DNA of 34,434 nucleotides, from IMG/VR virus record IMGVR_UViG_3300023197_000025, positions 1 to 34,434 of that record; one strand, written 5' to 3'. The position numbers and the translations under genes were made by a program. This document shows positions 14,973-23,818 of this stretch, in pieces. Positions within the stretch are counted from its first letter, which is position 1. The number at the start of each line of letters is the position of its first letter. Source of the stretch: a virus. Taxonomy: Duplodnaviria; Caudoviricetes. Under the pieces are notes generated by a model. It saw nothing but the letters and a program-made list of their open reading frames with translations. It had not been told where the DNA came from and made no database searches.

Positions 14973-17900
14973 CTCACGAAGAACTCTACATCACCACGAC
15001 CGAGACGCTGTACCCGTCTGACACCGACTTCGAGCAGGTCATCATCCGCCTGTACGGGCGCACGCGAGAGAAGGAAGCCCGGACGGTGACGGTCAAGGGC
15101 TTCGAGCCGTACTTCTACACTCGTCAGCAGGACGCCGATGAGGTCGCCGTGGCGAACCACGAGAACTTGGTTCGCTTCGAGGAGACGGACACCCTCGCGC
15201 TCGAAGACCGCTTCGCCGCGGACCTGCCGTGGCGTGAGGAGACTGACCTCGTGAAGGTCGTCGCCGAGTACCCCGGCGCGGTGCGGCAACTGCGAGAGAA
15301 GTTCGAGAAGACGTGGGCGGCGGACACGCTGTTCACCGAGCGGTTCCGCATCGACAAGAACGTAGAGACGGGCGTTCGGGTTCCGACCCACACGACCCGT
15401 GAGGATGGCTCACACATCATCGTGGACCACGACGAGGTAGAGCCGTCCACCATCGAGGATGTGGAGCCGCGGGTGATGACCTTCGACATAGAGACGGACG
15501 ACCGTGACTCCGGGTTCCCTGACCCCGGCGAGGCTCGCATCCTGTCCATCGTGGCCCACGATTCCTACGACGACGAGTACGTGGGCTTCATCGACCTCCA
15601 CGGGCGGAGCATCGAGGACCACTTCGACCTCGACGGCAAGCCCGCGGGGTTGGACGACATGGGCCTCACGGAACTGGATGAGTTGATGTTCCGGCCCGAG
15701 GAACGGCAAATGCTCATCGAGTTCGCGTCGTGGGTCGATGAGAAGAACCCGGACCTCATCACGGGCTGGAACTCCGGCGACGACTCCACTGACGGGTTCG
15801 ACCTGCCCCACCTCATCGAGCGGATGAAGTCGGTCGGTGCCGCTCCGCAACGGCTGTCCCGTGAGGGGATGGTTGACGTGGAGGAGTGGGACGACGACTT
15901 TACGCCGGACGTGACGGGCCGTGCGCTCTACGACTTGATGGACGGGTGGGAGGACACGAAGTTCACGAACCCCCGCTCGACCAAACTCGACTACGTGGCG
16001 GAGCAGGCGCTCGATGATGCGAAAATCGAGCACCCGGACATGGGGTTCTACGAGATGTACCGTGAGGACCCCGTGAAGTTCCTGAACTACAACGCGAAAG
16101 ACACCCGCCTCACGGTCGAAATCACCGAGGAGGAGAACATCCTCGGGTTCAAGAAGCGGCTGAAAGACATGGTGGGGGTGGACTGGCGGCGGACCCACGA
16201 GAACAACGAGTTCATCGAGATGAGCGTCCGCCGGAAGTGCTTCGAGCACGACCTCGCCCTCATCACGAAGTACGACAACCCACACGTCCGGCAGGCGATG
16301 GAAGGTGGGTCCGACGAGGTGAACTACGAGGGGGCCTACGTGTTCCCGTCGTTCTCCGGGGTCAAGGTGAACGTCTGCGGCGTGGACCTTGCGTCGCTCT
16401 ACCCGATGACGCAGTGGATGCTGAACGCCTCCCCGGACGTTCGCATCGACCAGAAGAAGGCGTGGAAGCACGACATACCCCACGTCGTCGCCGAGAACGG
16501 GCAGACGTTCCGCAACGACAAGGACGGCATCATCCGCGAACTCGTGGACGAGTACCACGAGGTGAAGGCCGAGTTCAAGGCCGAGCGGAACGCCGCCGAG
16601 TACGGCACCGACGAGTGGGAGGAGGCCGCCGAAGCCTACTCGGTGACGAAGACCATCTACAACTGCGTTACCGGCGACCACGAAGTGATGACCGCCGATG
16701 GCGTGGTCAACATCAAGGATGTGGAAGTCGGCGATGAAGTCTACTCCCTCGACCCGAAAACGGGGCGCGTGGAACTGAAGGAGGTGACGGAGACGTTCGC
16801 CTACCCGGACTACGACGGCGACCTCATCGAGATAGACACCGACTCTATCGCACAGACGCTCACTCCGAACCATCGAACCATCGTCAAGCAGAACGATGGG
16901 TACGTACAAGAGGACAACTACTCCTTCGTGGAGGCTGGCGACCTGAAGCAGTCGGCTGGCTACGAGATGCCCACGTCGGTCGGGTCGAATCCGAACATCC
17001 ACGGGCCGGGGATGGATACGTTCTCCATCGCCGAGGAGAAAGTCATCGGCGGTTGTGAAGTCCGAGTCCACCCCGACGTTCACGGTCGGACGTTCACCTC
17101 GAACCTCCCCGACGACGTGGAAGTAGAGTACGACGACAACACGAGTGCGTACTTCATGGACGCTGACGACTACCTCGCTCACCAGCAGACCATCGAGGAG
17201 ATGTGCGAAGACAAGACCACCGAGGTCCACGCGAAACGGAACCAGAAGTTCGTCCCCATCTTCTACGATGGTGATGCCTTCGTGGAACTGCTCGCGTGGT
17301 ACGTCACCGAAGGGTCGGTCTATCGTGATGGTGACACCGTAACGGTCAACATCGCGCAGAAAGAGGCTGGCGACCGGCCTGCCGTCCGTGACGTTCTGGA
17401 ACGGTGTGGCCTCGACTACAAGGCGGACGAACCGCAGTTGTGGTTCACGAGCCACGTCCTCGGCGACCTGCTCGAAGACCTCTGTGGTCGTGGGTCCGAG
17501 AACAAGCGACTCCCCGACTTCGTGTGGGACCTTCGGCCTGAACAGAAGCGACTCCTGTTTAAGACGCTCATCGCTGGCGACGGCGACAAGGGACAGAATC
17601 GGTACTCTACGAAATCTGAGGACCTGCGTGACGACTTCATGCGGCTCGCCGTCGAGTTCGGACAGAACACTCACTACAACTACGACGAGTCATGGGACGG
17701 CTACCGTGTTCGATGGAACGACGGTAACAACCACTTCCGCATGAATCGGTCGTCGGAGCGGCGTGAGTCCGAGTCCGATGAGGGGGTCTACTGCCTCGAA
17801 GTCGAAGACAACCACACGTTCCTCGCTGGCCGTGACGGAAAGTTTCAGTTTACTGGAAATTCGTTCTATGGGTATTCGGGGTGGGACAAGTCGCCGCTCT

Positions 17901-18895
17901 ACAATCCGCACGACGCGGCGGCGATTACCCTCACCGGCCAGCGGGTCATCAAGCGCACCGCGGAGTACGTGGACGAGGAAACTGTCGCCGAAGTGGCATA
18001 TGGCGACACGGACAGCAACTATGTCGAGTTCCCGACAGATTGGGGGCAGGTCGAGACGCTGGAGTACGCCGAGGAGGTCTGCGAGACGCTGACCAACGAG
18101 GTGTACCCCGAACTCTGCGACGAGTTCAACATCCCCCGAGAGCAGAATCGGTGGGAAATCGAGGTCGAGATGCGGGCACAGCGGTTCTTCATGTCCGGCT
18201 CGAAGAAGCACTACGCCTACCTCAAGACGTGGGACGAAGGCGACGACTTCGAGAACGTGGTGGGCATCGACAAGCCCGCACCCGAGGTTGACTGGGAGAA
18301 CGACCACTACGGGAAGTTCTCGGTCACGGGATACGCCTGCGTCAAGTCGAACTTCGCGCTCATCACGAAGGAGACGCAGGAGGACGTTCTCGAAGCCATC
18401 GTCCGTGGGGCCGACAAGAGCGAGGTCGCTGACCGCGTGTTCGAGGCCGCGAGCCGGATAGACGCCGAGGACCCCGACTGGGAGTACCTTGGCATCCCGC
18501 AGGGCCTCGGGAAGGGCATCGACCCCGACCGGCCCGACCACGATGACTTCTACTCGTGGTCAACGACCGGCGACCATCCGCGCGATGAGGCTCCGCGGGC
18601 GGCATGGTTCGCCAACCACCTGCTCGACGTGGAGTTCGATGAAGGGTCGAAGCCGATGCGGGCGAAGGTCAAGCCGACCCACACGGTCAACGGTGAGGAG
18701 GTAGACGTAATCTCCTACGAGTCCGAGCGTGACCTCCAGACCGCCGACCGTGACTTCAAGATGGACGTGTCGGAGATGCAGAGGAAGACGCTGAAGAACC
18801 CGCTCGAAGACGTGCTCGACTCCTTCGGGCTGGAAGTAACTGCCGCACTTCGCGGGGATGCAGTATCCCAAAGTGGCCTCGATGCCTTCATGTAA
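14969..18895 (+). CDS. polB: Family B DNA polymerase containing an intein
   Basis: Exonuclease FDIET and GWN..FDLP; motif A DLASLYP; motif B KTIYN|SFYG; motif C YGDTDS; GTG start overlapping the upstream stop. Confidence 0.97.
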   Translation: MTHEELYITTTETLYPSDTDFEQVIIRLYGRTREKEARTVTVKGFEPYFYTRQQDADEVAVANHENLVRFEETDTLALEDRFAADLPWREETDLVKVVAEYPGAVRQLREKFEKTWAADTLFTERFRIDKNVETGVRVPTHTTREDGSHIIVDHDEVEPSTIEDVEPRVMTFDIETDDRDSGFPDPGEARILSIVAHDSYDDEYVGFIDLHGRSIEDHFDLDGKPAGLDDMGLTELDELMFRPEERQMLIEFASWVDEKNPDLITGWNSGDDSTDGFDLPHLIERMKSVGAAPQRLSREGMVDVEEWDDDFTPDVTGRALYDLMDGWEDTKFTNPRSTKLDYVAEQALDDAKIEHPDMGFYEMYREDPVKFLNYNAKDTRLTVEITEEENILGFKKRLKDMVGVDWRRTHENNEFIEMSVRRKCFEHDLALITKYDNPHVRQAMEGGSDEVNYEGAYVFPSFSGVKVNVCGVDLASLYPMTQWMLNASPDVRIDQKKAWKHDIPHVVAENGQTFRNDKDGIIRELVDEYHEVKAEFKAERNAAEYGTDEWEEAAEAYSVTKTIYNCVTGDHEVMTADGVVNIKDVEVGDEVYSLDPKTGRVELKEVTETFAYPDYDGDLIEIDTDSIAQTLTPNHRTIVKQNDGYVQEDNYSFVEAGDLKQSAGYEMPTSVGSNPNIHGPGMDTFSIAEEKVIGGCEVRVHPDVHGRTFTSNLPDDVEVEYDDNTSAYFMDADDYLAHQQTIEEMCEDKTTEVHAKRNQKFVPIFYDGDAFVELLAWYVTEGSVYRDGDTVTVNIAQKEAGDRPAVRDVLERCGLDYKADEPQLWFTSHVLGDLLEDLCGRGSENKRLPDFVWDLRPEQKRLLFKTLIAGDGDKGQNRYSTKSEDLRDDFMRLAVEFGQNTHYNYDESWDGYRVRWNDGNNHFRMNRSSERRESESDEGVYCLEVEDNHTFLAGRDGKFQFTGNSFYGYSGWDKSPLYNPHDAAAITLTGQRVIKRTAEYVDEETVAEVAYGDTDSNYVEFPTDWGQVETLEYAEEVCETLTNEVYPELCDEFNIPREQNRWEIEVEMRAQRFFMSGSKKHYAYLKTWDEGDDFENVVGIDKPAPEVDWENDHYGKFSVTGYACVKSNFALITKETQEDVLEAIVRGADKSEVADRVFEAASRIDAEDPDWEYLGIPQGLGKGIDPDRPDHDDFYSWSTTGDHPRDEAPRAAWFANHLLDVEFDEGSKPMRAKVKPTHTVNGEEVDVISYESERDLQTADRDFKMDVSEMQRKTLKNPLEDVLDSFGLEVTAALRGDAVSQSGLDAFM
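16664..17860 (+). mobile_element. Intein (399 aa) with LAGLIDADG endonuclease at polymerase motif B
   Basis: Begins CVTGDHEV, block B LTPNH, LAGLIDADG-like LLAWYVTEG and FKTLIAGDG, ends QFTGN before Ser+1. Confidence 0.95.
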
Positions 18896-18897
18896 CC

Positions 18898-19617
18898 ATG
18901 ATAGAAGTTACGTGTTCCCACTGCGGTTCTTCCATCGAAAAGTACCCCTCAAAAGTCGAACGGACAGACAACCACTTCTGCGATGGTGAGTGTTACGGGA
19001 ACTGGCGTTCCGAGAACGTCAGCGGCAGGGAACACCCGCAATCTGACCGAGTAGAAGTGGAGTGCTCATGGTGTAGTGAATCCTTCGACCGGCCTCGTTC
19101 CAGAGCAGAAAAATTCGAGACTCAATTCTGTTCTGGTGAGTGCGAATCAGAGTGGAAGTCCGTGAACCTCATCGGGCAGGAAAACCCAAACTGGAGTCGA
19201 GAAACAACCGAGTGTTCGTGGTGTGATGCAAAAATCAAGGTAGTACCCTCCCGGTTCGATGTAGCGGAAAAGTTGTTCTGTTCGTCCGACTGCTACGGAA
19301 ACTGGCTCTCCGAGAACGTCACTGGTGACTCCCATCCGAACTTCAAGGGAGGGTATCGACAATACTACGGAGACGAGTGGGAACAGGTCCGCGAGGAAAT
19401 CAGAAACAGAGATGGTGGAGTGTGCCAAGCCTGTGGGAAAAGTCGAGATGACAACGGCAGGCGTCTCTCGGTCCACCATATCGTTCCTGTACGGGAGTTT
19501 GATGACCCGAACGAAGCCCACACCCACAACAACCTTGTTCAGGTCTGCGATGACTGCCATCCGAAGTTAGAAAATCTTCCTGAAATGGAGCAACGGAAAA
19601 TCGTAGGAGAAACGTAG
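18898..19617 (+). CDS. HNH endonuclease with three N-terminal CxxC...FCxxxC repeats
   Basis: CQACG...LSVHHIVP...NNLVQVCDDCH; lower GC than neighbours. Confidence 0.92.
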   Translation: MIEVTCSHCGSSIEKYPSKVERTDNHFCDGECYGNWRSENVSGREHPQSDRVEVECSWCSESFDRPRSRAEKFETQFCSGECESEWKSVNLIGQENPNWSRETTECSWCDAKIKVVPSRFDVAEKLFCSSDCYGNWLSENVTGDSHPNFKGGYRQYYGDEWEQVREEIRNRDGGVCQACGKSRDDNGRRLSVHHIVPVREFDDPNEAHTHNNLVQVCDDCHPKLENLPEMEQRKIVGET

Positions 19618-19619
19618 GC

Positions 19620-19889
19620 ATGGGGGTCAGGGACCTCGACCTCCCCGAACCTACTCCGACACCACCGGGGATACCCGCAGAACACATCGACCCTGACGAC
19701 TACCGGAGCCTCATCGAGTTCGAGATGAAATCCTGTCCCGAGTGTGGCGAGGAGCACATCGTGGACGACCTCCTGCCGCCGACGACCGTACAGCCGATGG
19801 ACGTGGGTTCCTACACCGGAATTACCTGCCCGTCCTGCGAAATCGAGTCCGACTACACTGCGTGGGGCCTCAACGCCCTGTTCGACTGA
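19620..19889 (+). CDS. Zinc-ribbon protein
   Basis: CPECG...CPSC. Confidence 0.8.
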   Translation: MGVRDLDLPEPTPTPPGIPAEHIDPDDYRSLIEFEMKSCPECGEEHIVDDLLPPTTVQPMDVGSYTGITCPSCEIESDYTAWGLNALFD

Positions 19890-19891
19890 CC

Positions 19892-20440
19892 ATGATTCCG
19901 CAATCTGTCTTCGAGAGCATCTACCGACAGGGGTACAACGACGCCAAATACAACCGTCAGTTCCGGTTCCTCGGGTCCGACCACGTTCCCGAGCCGAACC
20001 AGAACGAGGTGGACGCCGCGTTCACGAAGTTCCAAGAGCAGTACCCGTTGATGCAGTGGAACCAGCGGGTCATCGAGTTCGTCGGCGACCCGGACAAGGG
20101 GACAGACGTGAGGGTGATGCCTTCCGAAGCGGTGAGCGACTGGAAACCTGCCTGTGTTCTCGCTCGGGACTGTGGGAAACTTCACGAGGTCATCGAACAC
20201 CCCGAACGGCTCACGCAGTACGCCAGTGGGGCCTCACCGGAGGTGGGGGCGAGGACCGTTTCCGTGGACGGCGAGGGTCTTCCCGACCCGTTCGACTCCG
20301 GGGAACTGACCTTCCGAGTCGAAACCGAACACTCGCGGCCCGGTCACGTCGATGTAGAAGTAGACCTCGTGTCGTTCGAGGCCGAGGGCGACCTGACCGA
20401 TGACTTCACGCTCGAACTGGAGGGAACCTTCGATGGGTAG
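19892..20440 (+). CDS. Hypothetical protein
   Basis: Start refined to MIPQSVF. Confidence 0.8.
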   Translation: MIPQSVFESIYRQGYNDAKYNRQFRFLGSDHVPEPNQNEVDAAFTKFQEQYPLMQWNQRVIEFVGDPDKGTDVRVMPSEAVSDWKPACVLARDCGKLHEVIEHPERLTQYASGASPEVGARTVSVDGEGLPDPFDSGELTFRVETEHSRPGHVDVEVDLVSFEAEGDLTDDFTLELEGTFDG

Positions 20441-20684
20441 AATCGCCGCGGCCATCCGTGAACGCGAGGTCCGCCACATCGTTGCCGAGTGCGGCATCTG
20501 TGGCGAAGAACACCTGAACACGAAGAAGAAGCCGGTGCGGAGGTGGCCGGACTACATCGAGAGCATCATCGAAGTCTCTGCGGCGGCCCATCGGGATGAA
20601 ACCGGGCACGACGAACTCGACGTGAACATCGAGGAGCAACCCACGGTCGAGACGCCCATCGAGGCGACCATCAACGTGGAGTAG
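20433..20684 (+). CDS. Small C2H2-like zinc-binding protein
   Basis: CGICG...AAAHRDETGH; start MGRIAAA. Confidence 0.75.
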   Translation: MGRIAAAIREREVRHIVAECGICGEEHLNTKKKPVRRWPDYIESIIEVSAAAHRDETGHDELDVNIEEQPTVETPIEATINVE

Positions 20685-20861
20685 TGTCGCCACTGCTCGA
20701 AGTATTGTGCCGGTGAGAAAGGAACAGAGGCCGGTCCACGCCTAAATGAGCCAGCCTGTTCCCTCTGCCTCGCCCTTACAGACGGACCCTAAAAACTCTT
20801 TCCGATTCTCAGATTGAGTGTCTGAAAAACACCCGTGCAATAGCGGGTAACTATTCTGTAA

Positions 20862-21089
20862 ATGACCAAAGACTCAGAGCGCCGTGAGTCGCGTCTTGAG
20901 CCGTTTCTCATCACGGCAGTAGTGTGCATCATATCGGTGGCGCTCGCCGTCAGCACGCCGCCGCTGGCCGTCCGAGCGTTCGCCGCAGTAGCAGGCGTCG
21001 CCGCGCTTTTTCTCCCGCTGGTCTACGCCGTCACCCGTGACGGTCACATCAGTATCCCCCGGTGGGCCTACCGAGGGCCATACCAGTAG
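20862..21089 (+). CDS. Small two-helix membrane protein
   Basis: Two hydrophobic segments; its own AT-rich upstream region. Confidence 0.7.
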   Translation: MTKDSERRESRLEPFLITAVVCIISVALAVSTPPLAVRAFAAVAGVAALFLPLVYAVTRDGHISIPRWAYRGPYQ

Positions 21090-21105
21090 AGTATCAACTC
21101 GTTGT

Positions 21106-21167
21106 AAGGGGGAAATACAAAGGGGGTTAACACAAAGGGGTTAATCCCCGTTTTCTGACCCCCTTTG
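21106..21167. repeat. Three direct and one inverted AAGGGG(G) repeats
   Basis: AAGGGGG 21106, CAAAGGGGG 21118, CAAAGGGG 21133, CCCCCTTTG 21159, in an AT-rich spacer. Confidence 0.7.
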
Positions 21168-21279
21168 AGTAAAACTCCGATGAGGCCGGTGCTGTTGTCT
21201 ATTGCTGTGTTCTGGTCCCCGTGTAGTAAAACGGAAAGTGGACACCAGATTTAGAAGCCTGTGAACCGTAACTGCGGAT

Positions 21280-21783
21280 ATGGATGACGACCAGACAGAA
21301 ACTCTCAGTCTCGAAGTCGAGGCTGGCAACGCAAAAGAAGTCATCCAATCCGTCTTCGAGACTGTAAGTGGTGAAGACGTACAGAGAATCCGGGTCGAAG
21401 TCGAGGCCACAGACGGGTTTTGCCTTGACTCATCCGAAGTCATACAGAACGGCGTCGATGAAGGCGTGAACTTCCGGCTCGGGTCAAAGTCGTGTTCGCT
21501 GGCAGTCCTCTCATATCATCTCCGTGACGAAGACTGGCTCGAACTTGATGAACTCCGCGAGGGGTGCCCGATGCCGCTCGATGAGAAGTTCCCGAAAGAG
21601 AAAGCGTCGGGTATCCTGTGGGACCTCGCCGAGCGCGGAGTCATCGAGAAGAAAAACCACCCGGAGGATGGACGGCTGAACGTGTACCGTATCACGGAGT
21701 TCGGTGCCAAGTCGGTAGAAAACCTACTGGACGAAAAAAACGTCTCTGCCGAGGAAGCCATCCACCGCCTCGATGGGGATTAG
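21280..21783 (+). CDS. Winged-helix (MarR-like) transcription regulator, candidate repressor
   Basis: KASGILWDLAERGVIEKKNHPEDGRLNVYRITEFG; converges on the integrase gene. Confidence 0.8.
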   Translation: MDDDQTETLSLEVEAGNAKEVIQSVFETVSGEDVQRIRVEVEATDGFCLDSSEVIQNGVDEGVNFRLGSKSCSLAVLSYHLRDEDWLELDELREGCPMPLDEKFPKEKASGILWDLAERGVIEKKNHPEDGRLNVYRITEFGAKSVENLLDEKNVSAEEAIHRLDGD

Positions 21784-22937
21784 CCCATCTTGTCGAGGGC
21801 ATCGCGGCGGTCTTCGGGCGGTGCGGCGTCGTACTTCATCGTCGTTTCGGGTCGCTGGTGACGTAGTTGCTGTTGGGTAGCCGCGAGGTCTTCTTCTCGG
21901 GTCATGTACGTTCCGACTGAGTGTCTGATAGAGTACCAACTCATCTGCCGGTTCTCGTAGGGGATTCCAGCACGGTCGCAGAGCCTTCGGATGAGCCGCC
22001 CGAGGGACTTTGAGGAGAACGGGTTGTTCTTGTCGGTGAGCCACAGCCGGTTCGTGTCGTCGTACTTCGGGTAGTGGCTACGCTCGTAGAGCCAGTTCTC
22101 CAGCGCATCCGCCGTCTCGTTCTTGATGCTCACCTCCCAGTTTTCGGTGTTCTTTGAGGACTCCTCCTTGGGGATGCGGAGCACGGCGTTCTCGGTGTCA
22201 ACCCACTCGGTCGTGGCGTTGGCGACCTCATCGGGACGTAGCCCGGCGTCGAGGCTGGCCCACACCAGCGAGGTGTAGCGCCAACTCGGAACCTTGGCTT
22301 CCTCCCAGTCGGCAACGGACACCGCGTCCGGGGGCTTCCCGAGGTAGTCGGCGACGTAGGGTCGCATCCGCTCGCGTCGCTCCTCGTCGGTCTTGACCGT
22401 GCTGTACGTCGGGAAGGTCCCGTATTCGAGGGCCGCCTGTCGGATGGTTTTCCGCTCGGAGACGGTGAGGTGGTCTTGTGGGTTCTGACTGTTCGAGACG
22501 GTGAACGTCCGGTCGGGGTCCCATTCGTCCTCGCCGTGCTCGTGCTCCCGCCACTTGTAGTATCGCTTCATCGAGTGGAGGGTGTGGTGCTTGTGTGACT
22601 GGCTCTTGTCCGCGTAGGCCAGTACCTCGATGAACTCGTCGGCGAGGTCGGCGTCCGGGTCGGATACGTACTCGTCCTTTTGTTGCCACACCCACCGTTG
22701 GAAGATGCCGACCCGGTACATCGTGCGTTTGGCTGTGGCCTCCGTGTAGCCTTCCTTGTCGGTGGGGTCTTTGCCTTCGAGAAGGAGCCATCGGGCGAAA
22801 TCCTCCCGCTTGTTCCGGTAGTCGAACTCCTGCTTTTCGGAGAGCATCTTCGCGCACTCATCGGGAACGAGCGGAAAGGGTATCTCGACTGTGCGACTGC
22901 TGTATTGGTCGGATATGGAAGTGGACTCGTCGGGCAT
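21780..22937 (-). CDS. int: Tyrosine recombinase/integrase (haloarchaeal type)
   Basis: GLRPDEV (R), PKEESSKN (K), YSIRHS, LRH and TTMKY (Y nucleophile). Confidence 0.95.
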   Translation of the reverse strand: MPDESTSISDQYSSRTVEIPFPLVPDECAKMLSEKQEFDYRNKREDFARWLLLEGKDPTDKEGYTEATAKRTMYRVGIFQRWVWQQKDEYVSDPDADLADEFIEVLAYADKSQSHKHHTLHSMKRYYKWREHEHGEDEWDPDRTFTVSNSQNPQDHLTVSERKTIRQAALEYGTFPTYSTVKTDEERRERMRPYVADYLGKPPDAVSVADWEEAKVPSWRYTSLVWASLDAGLRPDEVANATTEWVDTENAVLRIPKEESSKNTENWEVSIKNETADALENWLYERSHYPKYDDTNRLWLTDKNNPFSSKSLGRLIRRLCDRAGIPYENRQMSWYSIRHSVGTYMTREEDLAATQQQLRHQRPETTMKYDAAPPEDRRDALDKMG

Positions 22938-23013
22938 GGGTGGGTTGCTACCTTGTTCGGGCGGATACCCGACGAGTTGGGCCGTCTCGCGTGGGATTTT
23001 GAGGGGCGAAGCG

Positions 23014-23034
23014 TTAGCCGCCGAAGGCGGCTAA
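23014..23034. repeat. Perfect 9-bp hairpin abutting the attP core
   Basis: TTAGCCGCC-GAA-GGCGGCTAA. Confidence 0.85.
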
Positions 23035-23077
23035 TCTTGAGTCCGCCGCCGTTTCCGGCCTGACAGGCTACCCCCGT
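23034..23077 (-). other. attP candidate: 5' half of tRNA-Leu(CAA), ending just past the anticodon loop
   Basis: Minus strand reads ACGGGGG-TA-GCC-TGTCAGGCCGGAAAC-GGC-G-GCGGA-CTCAAGA-T and then loses tRNA similarity; about 100 bp upstream of the integrase. Confidence 0.75.
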
Positions 23078-23162
23078 GGCTCGCTTGCGCTCGCCACGTC
23101 CACGTTTTGCGGCCCAACACGCCGGAATCCTCCTTCACGGTTCACGTTTTCCACCGTGACTG

Positions 23163-23176
23163 TCTTAAAGATTCTC
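23163..23176 (-). promoter_or_regulatory. TATA promoter driving the half-tRNA and integrase
   Basis: Minus strand GAGAATCTTTAAGA. Confidence 0.5.
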
Positions 23177-23266
23177 CGTCCACGGATTAGGTCCACCCGA
23201 CGTTTTGCTACCCAAACGGGCGGATACCACACAGTTTTAGACCCGTCAGTGGCAACACTCACCCGA

Positions 23267-23350
23267 GCCACGGTAGCAAAGTCAGGAAAATGCGGGGCAC
23301 TCAAGATGCCCTCCCGTAGGGGTCCGCAGGTTCAAATCCTGTCCGTGGCA
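23267..23350 (+). tRNA. tRNA-Leu(CAA)
   Basis: Acceptor GCCACGG/CCGTGGC, anticodon arm GGGCA-CTCAAGA-TGCCC, long variable arm CCC-GTA-GGG, T arm GCAGG-TTCAAAT-CCTGT, discriminator A; TTTTAG box at 23235. Confidence 0.93.
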
Positions 23351-23458
23351 TCTTCTCGATGAGGTTCGCGCCGCATAGCGTTGCCACTGGCCGTTCGTAA
23401 AGACTCGAAGTAAGAGTTGAGGTGTACCCTCAAGTAGCCTTGGGGCGTCAAGGTACGT

Positions 23459-23599
23459 ATGACCGAACTGAACGCCCGCGAGGCAACCTTTGTCGTGGAG
23501 CGTATGAGCGAAGTGGAGAACTCCGAGAGCAGTTCCCCGACAGCGAAGAAAGAAGCCAAGCGCGTCCGACAGAAGGTCGAACGACGCCTCATCGAGTAA
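23459..23599 (+). CDS. Small hypothetical protein (46 aa)
   Basis: MTELNAREATFVVERMSEVENSESSSPTAKKEAKRVRQKVERRLIE; preceded by an operator-like motif at 23399. Confidence 0.6.
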   Translation: MTELNAREATFVVERMSEVENSESSSPTAKKEAKRVRQKVERRLIE

Positions 23600-23707
23600 C
23601 CAGAAGAAAAGAGTACCCGCCCGCTGTCCCACTCGATGAGGCCGGTGCAGGGTGTCGTCGGACTATCCCTGCGTGTCCGTTCTGGTTCTAAACCCTATGC
23701 CGCTACA

Positions 23708-23818
23708 TCATCCGCAGGCGGCCCACTGACCACAGGGGCACGTCGCGCATCCACCTTGGTACATGAACTCGGAAGAATCTCTACCACAGGCAGGGCACTC
23801 GGCGGGGAAGTTACCCAC
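23708..23818 (-). CDS. CPxCG zinc-finger microprotein (36 aa)
   Basis: GTG start overlapping the upstream stop; MGNFPAECPACGRDSSEFMYQGGCATCPCGQWAACG. Confidence 0.65.
   Translation of the reverse strand: MGNFPAECPACGRDSSEFMYQGGCATCPCGQWAACG

Larger units (their letters stand above)
22945..23228. repeat. Imperfect direct repeats flanking the attP-like core (candidate arm-type sites)
   Basis: TTGCTACC-N5-CGGGCGGATACC (22945-22969) and TTGCTACC-N4-CGGGCGGATACC (23205-23228). Confidence 0.6.

Noticed and set aside
22940-23077. Complete intron-containing tRNA-Leu on the minus strand (a TCCGC occurs about 75 nt downstream)
   Set aside because: No BHB motif, T arm or 3' acceptor strand; the TCCGC belongs to the CGGGCGGATACC direct repeat
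21780-23350. Provirus boundary at the integrase/tRNA
   Set aside because: Viral genes with the same sequence signatures continue on both sides and no host genes appear, which fits attP rather than attL/attR
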